Assembly: GCA_905236005.1 (NCBI GenBank)
Contig: CAJONJ010000035.1
Span: 1-51,373, forward strand
Length of the DNA stretch: 51,373 nt
Reading direction: 5' to 3'
DNA from: an uncultured Alphaproteobacteria bacterium
GTDB taxonomy: Bacteria; Pseudomonadota; Alphaproteobacteria; Rs-D84
Shown here: in pieces, positions 18,338 through 29,473 of the stretch
Layout: the number at the start of each line of letters is the position of its first letter
How positions within the stretch are numbered: the stretch's first letter is position 1
Translations under genes and position numbers: made by a program
The notes under the pieces: model-generated
Seen by the model: only the letters and a program-made list of their open reading frames with translations
The model's database searches: none
What the model was told of the DNA's origin: nothing

Positions 18338-19229
18338 AGATTTTATTATTCAGGAAGGTTTTATACCTGTATCTGATATACATACTATATATTTTGCAAC
18401 ATATGGCAACCCAAAAGGGATTCCTTTGTTAGGTTTTCATGGCGGACCGGGCGGTGGTTTTTCTACTAGATACTTGAATATGATAGATTTAACCAAATTT
18501 TATGTTGTTTTTTTTGATCAACGGGGATGTGGGAAATCTACACCAGAAGGTGAAATTAAAAACAATACATGCCAAAATGCTATAGATGATGCAAAACTTG
18601 TGTTGAATCGTTTAAATATTAAAAAGTGTGTTGTTTCTGGGTATTCTTATGGGGGGGTATTGGCTTTGGCATTTGCAATGAAATTTAAACCAATGGTCAT
18701 ATCAATATATGTATCGTCTGTGTGTATCCCAGCAAATTTAAACAAAGTGTTTTTTGAACAGGATAACTCATTATATCAAGAATATAAGGATTTTTTGAAT
18801 GTTATAAAGACAACAGATTCTAATTTATTATTTTATGAATATGAAAATTGTTCTTTAGCAAGAAAAAAAGAAATAGTGGTAGCAATTGTTAATTGGGAAT
18901 TAGCATTATTTCAATTAGATAACAAACAAGAGATAACTATAGAACAGGTTGATAACAGATTAATTTATGCTAAAAGATTATTTTTAAGTTATGTAGCTCA
19001 AAACTATTTTAATTTAGGTAAATGGATGTTACAAAAGATAAATAACTTATCAGATATTCCGATTAATATCGTACAAGGGGCAAGGGATAAATTGACCCCA
19101 GTGTCTAGTGCATACGAGATACAAAAAATATTACCGCATTCTAACATAGTTATAACCCCAAATGCAGGACATGTAGGACGGGTTATTACCAGAAGATTTT
19201 ATGATGAAGTAAATACGTTCACAAGATAA
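18324..19229 (+). CDS. proline iminopeptidase-like alpha/beta hydrolase
   Basis: HGGPGGG, FDQRGCGKSTP, GYSYGG, QGARD, AGH. Confidence 0.85.
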   Translation: MQQDKDFIIQEGFIPVSDIHTIYFATYGNPKGIPLLGFHGGPGGGFSTRYLNMIDLTKFYVVFFDQRGCGKSTPEGEIKNNTCQNAIDDAKLVLNRLNIKKCVVSGYSYGGVLALAFAMKFKPMVISIYVSSVCIPANLNKVFFEQDNSLYQEYKDFLNVIKTTDSNLLFYEYENCSLARKKEIVVAIVNWELALFQLDNKQEITIEQVDNRLIYAKRLFLSYVAQNYFNLGKWMLQKINNLSDIPINIVQGARDKLTPVSSAYEIQKILPHSNIVITPNAGHVGRVITRRFYDEVNTFTR

Positions 19230-19234
19230 CAACC

Positions 19235-20806
19235 TTATTTGATTGCATCTGTTATCATTTGTTGGGTTTTATTTATACCATAAATCAAAATGAAATTCGG
19301 TAAACGTGGACCAGTTTCCTGACCCAACAAGACATTATAAAACATACCAAAGAAATCTCTTAATTTTTCTTCGCTATAATATTTTTTACCGATATCATAG
19401 CAATACGTTTCCAAATCTTTTTCAATACCAGTTTTGCCAACAAACTGAGACAGACCGTTTGCCAAATCTTGTAAAACCACTTTTTCTTGGTCAGTTGGTT
19501 CACGATAATTTTTGTTTGGTTTCACAAAATCGTGATAATATTGCACAGCACGTTCCGCCATCATATTTAAATCGGGATTGTTTTCAGGTGTTAAACCTGG
19601 ATTATAAGCAGTTATATAGCCCCACATATCATCAATACTTTCGGTATTTGCGGCACTGGCCAGATTCAATAACAAATTATATGATATCGGCATACGACCA
19701 GCTGGAACACCATGTTCACGATGTATATAAACAACAGGATTAGACATTTTTGCCAAATCATCTTGTTTATCATAAGCGTTCAAATATTGATAGTATTCAT
19801 CAACATTACGTGGAATAACATCAAAATACAACCGTTTACTGGTAGCTGGTTTCGTATACATAAACAAAGCTAAACTTTCTGGGTTAGCATACGATAACCA
19901 TTGTTCAATGCTGATACCATTACCTTTAGTTTTTGAAATTTTTTGACCCTGTTCGTCAACGAATAATTGATAGGTTAAATTTTCTGGTGCATTACCACCC
20001 AGTAAACGCACAATGCGACCTGATAATTTATAAGAATCAGTCAAATCGGCACCACACATTTCATAATCAACGTCCAAAGCATACCAACGCATAGCCCAAT
20101 CAGCTTTCCATTGCAATTTTGCCATGCCATTTAATACAGATTGTTCAACACGTGTGCCATCTTCATCTTCAAATACAATGGTTCCAGCCTGTGCATTTAC
20201 AGATATAATAGGTACCTGTAATACCCGACCTGTTTTGGGTGATATAGGCATAATAGGGCTGTAAGTTTTGCGTCTTTCTTCACCCAAAGACGGCAACATA
20301 ATTTCCATAATTTTATCGTAATTCTGCAACACTTTCATCAATGCATCATTAAATGCACCGGATTTGTACATTTGTGTGGAACTTCTGAATTCATAATCAA
20401 AACCATATCTATCCAGAAATTCACATAACATCGCATTATTATGATTTGCAAAGCTGTCATATTGATTAAATGGATCCGGCACCGCAGTCAGTGGAAATCC
20501 CAAATATTTTTCGGTTTCAGACTGGTTTGGAATATTTGTTGGAACTTTGCGTAAACCGTCCATATCATCAGAAAACGCAATTAAACGTGTCGGAATATCA
20601 GATATTTTTGAAAATGCCCAACGAACCATACTGGTACGAGCAACTTCGCCAAATGTGCCAATATGTGGCAGACCCGATGGTCCATATCCTGTTTCAAATA
20701 AAACATAACCCTTTTTGGGAACTTTGTTTCCAATACGTGCCAAAATCTTGCGGGCTTCTTGAAAAGGCCAAGTGTTTACCTGATTATAATCTATATTTTC
20801 TGACAT
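19235..20806 (-). CDS. lysS: lysine--tRNA ligase, class I
   Basis: FETGYGPSGLPHIG, DDMDGLRKVP, KLQWK, KISKTKGN, GPRL. Confidence 0.95.
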   Translation of the reverse strand: MSENIDYNQVNTWPFQEARKILARIGNKVPKKGYVLFETGYGPSGLPHIGTFGEVARTSMVRWAFSKISDIPTRLIAFSDDMDGLRKVPTNIPNQSETEKYLGFPLTAVPDPFNQYDSFANHNNAMLCEFLDRYGFDYEFRSSTQMYKSGAFNDALMKVLQNYDKIMEIMLPSLGEERRKTYSPIMPISPKTGRVLQVPIISVNAQAGTIVFEDEDGTRVEQSVLNGMAKLQWKADWAMRWYALDVDYEMCGADLTDSYKLSGRIVRLLGGNAPENLTYQLFVDEQGQKISKTKGNGISIEQWLSYANPESLALFMYTKPATSKRLYFDVIPRNVDEYYQYLNAYDKQDDLAKMSNPVVYIHREHGVPAGRMPISYNLLLNLASAANTESIDDMWGYITAYNPGLTPENNPDLNMMAERAVQYYHDFVKPNKNYREPTDQEKVVLQDLANGLSQFVGKTGIEKDLETYCYDIGKKYYSEEKLRDFFGMFYNVLLGQETGPRLPNFILIYGINKTQQMITDAIK

Positions 20807-21017
20807 TATAAACTCCTGAAATGCTTACAAAGCAATATTATATACAGACTTTGTAAAAAAACAATCAAAAGGGGAAATCGTTTTCTTTGATACCCACAGT
20901 ATACCAATAAAATCACAAAAATCAAGTACTTTTTTTTGTAAAACGGTGGAAAAAAATGACATTTTTTTATTTTATAATGATAATATTCCCATGACGAATC
21001 GTTAACAGGGGCAAATC

Positions 21018-22793
21018 ATGAATATAAAACTGGACAATTTTCCAAAGACTTGGCAGGGTTTTTATTTATTGATTATCAAACAATTTCCTTGGTTGTTTGG
21101 TATCAGTTTTGTTATAAGGGTGTTGCAATGGGGAATGCCATTGATAACTAGTCCTTTGGCAATGAAGTGGCGTATGACTATTTTTGAAAATGCAGTTAAT
21201 ACAGATTGGGAATTAGTATACAGGTCGTTTTTATATATTATTTGCATCTATGTATATTATTTATTTATGGGACACAACAGTATAATTCCATCTATAATAT
21301 CTGGAAAATATGGCCGCAAAATCAAAGCATATACAAATTATGTTCTGAATTACAGGGTATATAATAATGATACATCTTTTTTTATTGATACACCCGGTGC
21401 AGAAATAACCACATATACTTCCAAAATAACAGGCGAATTGGGGCATATGACAATAAATATTTGGGGCAGGTTAATTGGAACCATTTTTGGTTTTGTGGCG
21501 GTATGTATAGGAATGGCTGTGCTGAATTGGCGTTTTTTATTGCTGATGGTTGTTTACGGTATAATAAGAATCTCGTGGCAATGGATAATCCAAAAGAAAG
21601 TAACCGCTCATTCAGTTACCGTTCAAACAGAACAAGCAAAATATTCTGGCAGAATCATGGACAGCTTGTCTCATGCTTTGGTAGCAAAATTATTCGCAAA
21701 CACAGAATATGAAAACCATATAATATACAAAAGTGCAAATAATTTAAAAAACAAAGAACGTAAGCAAGAATTTTTAAGACGTTGTCGACATGTTCCTTTG
21801 AATGTATTGTGGTATGTTGTGATGATTGTATGCTTTATTATGTGCTTTATATTTATCAAAGATGGCACGTTATCAATACCAAATGCAGTGTTTGTTGTAT
21901 CGGCAGTGGGCAGATTAGAGGAAGCAATTGGTTCTTTGAATAATGTATTGATGGATTACAGTGAATCTAAGGCAAAGATTAAAAAAGCATACGACAAAAT
22001 TATCAAAGACAGAACGATTGTTGATAAACCGCATGCCAGAATATTGCGGGACAAAAATCCCGATATTGCCTTTGATAATGTCAGTTTTGGATATGGCGAT
22101 AAAAAGATACTGAAAAATTTATCTTTGCGTGTTGCATCAAAAGAAAAAGTCGGTATTGTTGGATTATCAGGGGCGGGTAAAACCACACTGTGCAATTTGT
22201 TAATGCGTATGTACGAAGTGGGTTCTGGTTCTATTAAAATTGGTGGAATGGATATACGTGATATCAAACATGAATCTTTGTTGAAAAATATTTCCTATGT
22301 GCCACAGGAAACAGAATTGTTTAATCGCAGTGTTATGGATAATATTAAATACGCAAAGCCACACACATCAGATGCTGCGGTTGTCAAAGCAGCAAAAGCA
22401 GCACATATACATGAAAAAATATCTAAATTACCAAATGGTTATGAAACATTGGTTGGTAATAATGGGTACAAATTTTCAGGTGGTGAACGTCAACGTATAT
22501 CTATTGCACGTGCTTTGTTAAAAGATGCACCGATTGTGATTTTAGACGAAGCAACATCTGCGATGGATTCCCAAAACGAATTGGCAATTCAGAAATCTTT
22601 GCAGACTGCTATGCATGGGAAAACCGCATTGGTTATCGCACACAGATTGTCCACGTTGCGTAATATGGATAAAATTATCGTATTGAAAAATGGACAGATA
22701 GTAGAAATCGGTTCGCACAAACAATTATCACACAAGAAAGACGGTGTTTATAAAAAATTGTGGGATGCTCAAACTGGCGGTTTTATTGCGTAA
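21018..22793 (+). CDS. ABC exporter, fused TMD-ATPase
   Basis: Hydrophobic N-half; GLSGAGKT, FSGGERQR, ILDEATS, IAHRLST. Confidence 0.92.
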   Translation: MNIKLDNFPKTWQGFYLLIIKQFPWLFGISFVIRVLQWGMPLITSPLAMKWRMTIFENAVNTDWELVYRSFLYIICIYVYYLFMGHNSIIPSIISGKYGRKIKAYTNYVLNYRVYNNDTSFFIDTPGAEITTYTSKITGELGHMTINIWGRLIGTIFGFVAVCIGMAVLNWRFLLLMVVYGIIRISWQWIIQKKVTAHSVTVQTEQAKYSGRIMDSLSHALVAKLFANTEYENHIIYKSANNLKNKERKQEFLRRCRHVPLNVLWYVVMIVCFIMCFIFIKDGTLSIPNAVFVVSAVGRLEEAIGSLNNVLMDYSESKAKIKKAYDKIIKDRTIVDKPHARILRDKNPDIAFDNVSFGYGDKKILKNLSLRVASKEKVGIVGLSGAGKTTLCNLLMRMYEVGSGSIKIGGMDIRDIKHESLLKNISYVPQETELFNRSVMDNIKYAKPHTSDAAVVKAAKAAHIHEKISKLPNGYETLVGNNGYKFSGGERQRISIARALLKDAPIVILDEATSAMDSQNELAIQKSLQTAMHGKTALVIAHRLSTLRNMDKIIVLKNGQIVEIGSHKQLSHKKDGVYKKLWDAQTGGFIA

Positions 22794-22814
22794 ATAAAAA
22801 GAACCCCAAAGTTT

Positions 22815-23261
22815 TTATTTGGGGTTTTGTCTTTGATTAGCCATAATTTGATTTATTTTATCTGTGGTGGTGGCATACAGGTTATCCAGTATTTGAAAAA
22901 ATATATCCTGATTGTTCCGCCACATTTGTTTTATAAACATTTGAATTTTTACAATTGGTTTTGGTGTGTTTATATTGTCTGGTGCCAGCATTGAACAATC
23001 GGTCATTCTAAAACGACATGAACAGTTCTGATACACGACAGCAAAAAACGATTCCAAAGGCTTATCTTTTACTAATTCAAATTGAATTTTTACACGTGGT
23101 GCAGTTCGTTTTGTTACTTTTAATCCCATCAGTTTTGTTATTAAACTGTTTTTGTCAATAACGTGTTTGCGTGGTTTTTCAATACCATTATCAACCAGTA
23201 TTTCGTCTATGCTTTCTGCCATTTTTTCTGTCCAAAAAACATTATCAGGTTTCATAAGCAT
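22815..23261 (-). CDS. hypothetical protein, tandem paralog 4
   Basis: IDEILVDNGIEKPR motif shared with three upstream ORFs. Confidence 0.7.
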   Translation of the reverse strand: MLMKPDNVFWTEKMAESIDEILVDNGIEKPRKHVIDKNSLITKLMGLKVTKRTAPRVKIQFELVKDKPLESFFAVVYQNCSCRFRMTDCSMLAPDNINTPKPIVKIQMFIKQMWRNNQDIFFQILDNLYATTTDKINQIMANQRQNPK

Positions 23262-23265
23262 TTTT

Positions 23266-23871
23266 TTATTTTGAATTAGTTGTGGTATAAATACCTTTGG
23301 TAATCAATGCGGTACGTAAATCTGTATAGTGTTCCACATGATTGCGTAAATGATAGTTATACGGTGTTGTTGGATTGCTTATCATTACAACAGGAATGTT
23401 TGCTTTGATGCAATCAGATATAACATGTGGTGAATCATCAAAATGTAAATCTGTTTTTAATTCAGCTAAAATGTCAGATTTTTTACCTTCTTTGTCATAG
23501 ATTGATTTATATGAACAATGTATAGAATTATTCCGTAATTGTTTAAATGTTTTGAACGGCTGTTTTAATAATCTTTGTGTAACAAACAAAACTTCTATAT
23601 CTGGTCGTTGTATCAAAGTATTTAATATATCAGGTATTGTATTGTCTATTACGGACATGTTGTACACTAAATCACTTTTAAACAATTTATACAGATTATC
23701 ACAAACCTTTTCATCATAACAAGCATGTAAATTCCAATTGGTTGGATATTGTGTAAATGTCTGACCAGCTTGTTTAAAAGCCAGTTCATATAACGGAATT
23801 GTATTAAAAATAACATCATCTAAATCTAATGTAATTCTCACAGAAAAATCCCTTGTTATTTTTCTCTCCAT
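23266..23871 (-). CDS. HAD 5'(3')-deoxyribonucleotidase (NT5C)-like protein
   Basis: LDLDDV, FVTQR, K, FDDSP, PYN motifs. Confidence 0.78.
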   Translation of the reverse strand: MERKITRDFSVRITLDLDDVIFNTIPLYELAFKQAGQTFTQYPTNWNLHACYDEKVCDNLYKLFKSDLVYNMSVIDNTIPDILNTLIQRPDIEVLFVTQRLLKQPFKTFKQLRNNSIHCSYKSIYDKEGKKSDILAELKTDLHFDDSPHVISDCIKANIPVVMISNPTTPYNYHLRNHVEHYTDLRTALITKGIYTTTNSK

Positions 23872-24320
23872 TTACGACGTCTGGCACCCAATTTATGTGC
23901 GGGGCTGACATACATACCATCACAAGGTAACTTGTCATCATCTTCGTCTTCGTCGTTATTTGCCAGTTGTAATCCCATTTTGGTTTTGCATACTTGGATG
24001 ATTTCTTCACGTTTTTCAATCCACATTTGTGCAACGAATCTTAAAATATGTAACATTTTTAATGGCAGTTTGCTTTTTAATGGACTGCCGTCTATCAAAG
24101 AAAAACTGCAATCAGCATCTTTGTATGTAACTGTAAAATGGGGTGTAATTCTTGGATTATCTGAAACAACAAAACGAACTTTGATGCGGGCAGGGGTTGT
24201 CCAACGCAAAGAACCGTCTGGTTTGCCAGTTGGAACTTGGCGTCTAGGGTTTTCAATTTCAGCATCCACTAATAAACTGTCTAGATATTCAGATAAATCA
24301 CGTTCCATAGAAATAGCCAT
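23856..24320 (-). CDS. hypothetical protein, tandem paralog 3 (DUF4160-like)
   Basis: LDSLLVDAEIENPR; PHFTVTYKDADCSFSLIDG.PL..KLP...W. Confidence 0.7.
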   Translation of the reverse strand: MAISMERDLSEYLDSLLVDAEIENPRRQVPTGKPDGSLRWTTPARIKVRFVVSDNPRITPHFTVTYKDADCSFSLIDGSPLKSKLPLKMLHILRFVAQMWIEKREEIIQVCKTKMGLQLANNDEDEDDDKLPCDGMYVSPAHKLGARRRKWREK

Positions 24321-24334
24321 TTTTATAACCCTTT

Positions 24335-24748
24335 TTATTTGTTGTGTTGTTTAAAGAATTCTTCAGCTGATACAGATTTCCAGTCTTTGTATTGTTCATA
24401 TTTTTTACGTTGTTGTGCAATTTCGCTTTGGAATCTTCGTATGCATTGTTGAATATATGGGAAAATTTTACAAAAAACGTCTGGCATTTTTGCAGAACTG
24501 GGTTCGGATTTACCAGATTGTAAATTAAAACACCAACATAAACTATCATATTTAACCACAGCACAGTTAAATTCAAAATTTATGTCCACTGTCAAACGTG
24601 CTGGTGATTTGACCCGGATATAATCCTGTATGTAATAATAATCTTTACCAGGAAAAGCCTTTATAAATCTGCGAGGTTTTTCAATTTTATTAGAAACCAG
24701 CAATTTATCTATATACAGTGCCATTTTGTGTTCTAATTCGTGTAACAT
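24335..24748 (-). CDS. hypothetical protein, tandem paralog 2
   Basis: IDKLLVSNKIEKPR; AAGGA RBS. Confidence 0.7.
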   Translation of the reverse strand: MLHELEHKMALYIDKLLVSNKIEKPRRFIKAFPGKDYYYIQDYIRVKSPARLTVDINFEFNCAVVKYDSLCWCFNLQSGKSEPSSAKMPDVFCKIFPYIQQCIRRFQSEIAQQRKKYEQYKDWKSVSAEEFFKQHNK

Positions 24749-24767
24749 GTTATATAATTCCTTGTGT

Positions 24768-25415
24768 TTATTTGTATTTTATACGTTGTCTGGCCAATAG
24801 TTTTAACGCAGGTTTTATATTTTGTCTTACAGGTTCATTGTCTGGTACATGCATGCTGGATGAAGAAACGTGTATATTGTTTGATCCGTAATCAATGCTT
24901 GTATCAGGCATGAAACTATCATCTAAATCTTCTTCTTTTTTTTCAATTTTCCAATTTTTAAATTCTTCATAATCTGCATGTGCGTTGTCAATATCAGTCC
25001 GTAATGCTTGAATTGTTTGAAAAATAAATGGTGTGATTTGCTGAACAGGACTTGGATTCTCTTCAGACAGTGATTTAAATATCAATTTATCAGATGTTAA
25101 ATCAAAACAGCAAGTAGAATCTTTGTATGTAATAAATATATGATTGCTGGCAAAATCCACCTTTGCATCTACCCTTGGCATGTGTTTTCGTATGTTTTTA
25201 TATGGTTTTTCCATAGCAAAACGCAACAGGCGTTGCCGATTTGTCATCTTAGAATCTATATCTTTTATAGTTGATGTTTCAAAATCACTGAAATCTGGGC
25301 GTGGTGATTCTATTTTATTAGCAACCAACAAATCATCTAGATGTGTGGCTATTTGGGATGATAAAACCGATGTTAACATAATCATATTGTAATCCTTTGG
25401 TTCTATGACATTCAA
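24768..25415 (-). CDS. hypothetical protein, tandem paralog 1
   Basis: LDDLLVANKIESPR; start uncertain (TTG 25415 or a downstream ATG). Confidence 0.65.
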   Translation of the reverse strand: MNVIEPKDYNMIMLTSVLSSQIATHLDDLLVANKIESPRPDFSDFETSTIKDIDSKMTNRQRLLRFAMEKPYKNIRKHMPRVDAKVDFASNHIFITYKDSTCCFDLTSDKLIFKSLSEENPSPVQQITPFIFQTIQALRTDIDNAHADYEEFKNWKIEKKEEDLDDSFMPDTSIDYGSNNIHVSSSSMHVPDNEPVRQNIKPALKLLARQRIKYK

Positions 25416-25547
25416 ATCTTGGAAATTATAGCAAGTATTTTTGACAATACAAGAAAAAAGTGTAGGTTTTTTTACGTGCTTGACTTTTAATGTGTTGTTG
25501 GCCTATACTTGACTCCGTTTGCGTAAAAAACAGTAAGGATTAACAAA

Positions 25548-26132
25548 ATGAATAATAAGGAATCAGACAGTAATAATACAAATTTAGAATTGAATAATTT
25601 ATATGCACACTATTTTATGCGTCCAGAAAATATAAACGAAGTATACGATAAACCAAAAGGTAGACCTGATTATGCAGGTTTTATTGGTGGTTTTATGTAT
25701 GATGCTAAAAATACATGCATGTATAACAAAGAAGTAACTATACGCAGCATATATTACAGCATACCAAATTTAGCTTTATCTACATTTTTTGATGTCCAAC
25801 GTATGCGACCAGATTTGATGGAAAGCAGAAAACAGGAAGTTGCTGAAATATTATATGCATCCAGTGTCATTTTATCTGACGTAGATAAATTGAAAGATGT
25901 TGCTACTAAAAAACGTATTTTGTATTATTTTAAACAGTTAGCAAAAGAAACCAAAGATTGTGAATTTTCAAAAGATATAGCTGTTTTAGTTGCAGCAACA
26001 GCCGTAAAAAATAATATTGCCACACTGCAAGATATTCAAATAGCGGTTGCAAATAAAAATTTGGCACTGGTAAAAGATGCTACTTTTGATAAAATATGCA
26101 CAGAATTAGGCAAAACCAGTAACGTAAAATAA
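25548..26132 (+). CDS. hypothetical protein
   Basis: 194-aa ORF, TTGACT/TATACT promoter, AAGGA RBS, terminator hairpin at about 26138-26162. Confidence 0.7.
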   Translation: MNNKESDSNNTNLELNNLYAHYFMRPENINEVYDKPKGRPDYAGFIGGFMYDAKNTCMYNKEVTIRSIYYSIPNLALSTFFDVQRMRPDLMESRKQEVAEILYASSVILSDVDKLKDVATKKRILYYFKQLAKETKDCEFSKDIAVLVAATAVKNNIATLQDIQIAVANKNLALVKDATFDKICTELGKTSNVK

Positions 26133-26217
26133 ACATGTCGCCCTGCGGGGCGATTTTTTTTCTGATTGTAATATGTTACAATAATGTTTATACTGTCTTT
26201 CAAAAGGGGAGGTAATC

Positions 26218-26964
26218 ATGAAAATCACAGAAAAAATGAAATCTAAACCTGTTTTATTTGGTTTTATATTGGCAATTGGTATCGCGTTGGGTGGCTTTTT
26301 TATTGGTAATGGAATATTTCAATCTTTGAATCGCAGAACTGTTACGGTTAAAGGCTTGGCAGAAATGGACGTAGTTGCGGATACCGCCGTTTGGAATATA
26401 AAATTTAATCGTGTTGGTGGTGATTTGACACGTGTTCAATCTGATATAGATAAAGATATTCAAAAAACACGTCAATTTTTAATGGATAATGGTTTTAATG
26501 AATCTGAATTGCAGAATCTGCGTGTGCAGGTACGTGATAAATTTGCGGGTTATTCAGATGCACAACGCAAAGACGAAAATTCTAACGACAGATATGTTGT
26601 AGAAACAGGGGTTATGGTGCGTTCATCATCTGTTGATTTGGTTGATGCCGCTTCACGTAAAATGGGCGATTTGGTGCGTCAGGGTGTAACAGTCACAGAA
26701 GATTATGCGGGTCCAATATATTTATTCAATGGATTGAATGATATCAAAATCAAAATGATAGAAACAGCAACCAAAAACGCTACTGCGGCAGGCGAACAAT
26801 TTGCCAAAGATGCAAATGCAAAACTGGGTGAAATTCAATCTGCCAATCAGGGATTGTTCAGTATATCTGCACGTGACCAAACAGATGCATGGTCTGATAA
26901 TGAAAAACAGGCGATAAACAAACGGGTTCGTGTTGTATCAACGATAACGTTTTATCTGAAATAA
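26218..26964 (+). CDS. SIMPL (DUF541) domain protein
   Basis: N-term TM, RTVTVKGLAE..V.AD...W, A..FAKD....LG.I..ANQG.F.I, K.VRVVST. Confidence 0.88.
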   Translation: MKITEKMKSKPVLFGFILAIGIALGGFFIGNGIFQSLNRRTVTVKGLAEMDVVADTAVWNIKFNRVGGDLTRVQSDIDKDIQKTRQFLMDNGFNESELQNLRVQVRDKFAGYSDAQRKDENSNDRYVVETGVMVRSSSVDLVDAASRKMGDLVRQGVTVTEDYAGPIYLFNGLNDIKIKMIETATKNATAAGEQFAKDANAKLGEIQSANQGLFSISARDQTDAWSDNEKQAINKRVRVVSTITFYLK

Positions 26965-26980
26965 TTATATTCTAAACAAG

Positions 26981-27011
26981 AAACACCGCTAAATCTAGCG
27001 GTGTTTTTTTT
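26981..27011 (+). terminator. intrinsic terminator
   Basis: AAACACCGCTA-AATC-TAGCGGTGTTTTTTTT. Confidence 0.8.
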
Positions 27012-27072
27012 GTTGATTTTACGTGACAAACCAATTTTTTGGGTTATAGTTTCTAAAAAAGGAGTATAACAT

Positions 27073-27390
27073 ATGGTAGATATAGAAAATATAACAGAGG
27101 AATACATTGATCAAATTCTGAAAAACAAAGTTATTACAGCAGAAGATATTTATGCAATTAAAAGAACTAAAAAAAATCGTCAACAAAATATTAACAGGAT
27201 TTGTCTAGCTTTTGCTGATAATGATATGCATCTGAAATCCACAAATGATTGGGAAGCTTTCTATAATGTAATCTATAGATTATCCAGTTTTAGTGATGAA
27301 ATTAAATACAAAGCTTATTCTAATGCTTATAATAATCAGATAAAAAGATTGCGTGACAGACGCAATACCAAAACCAATGAAGGCAGATAA
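27073..27390 (+). CDS. hypothetical protein
   Basis: 105-aa ORF with AAGGAG RBS. Confidence 0.6.
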   Translation: MVDIENITEEYIDQILKNKVITAEDIYAIKRTKKNRQQNINRICLAFADNDMHLKSTNDWEAFYNVIYRLSSFSDEIKYKAYSNAYNNQIKRLRDRRNTKTNEGR

Positions 27391-27397
27391 ACATTAG

Positions 27398-29458
<2,061 letters not shown>

Positions 29459-29473
29459 TCGTGGGGGACGATT

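Noticed and set aside
19306-20811. Plus-strand ORFs inside lysS and similar short nested ORFs elsewhere
   Set aside because: Antisense or alternate-frame shadows of confident genes, without RBS or motifs
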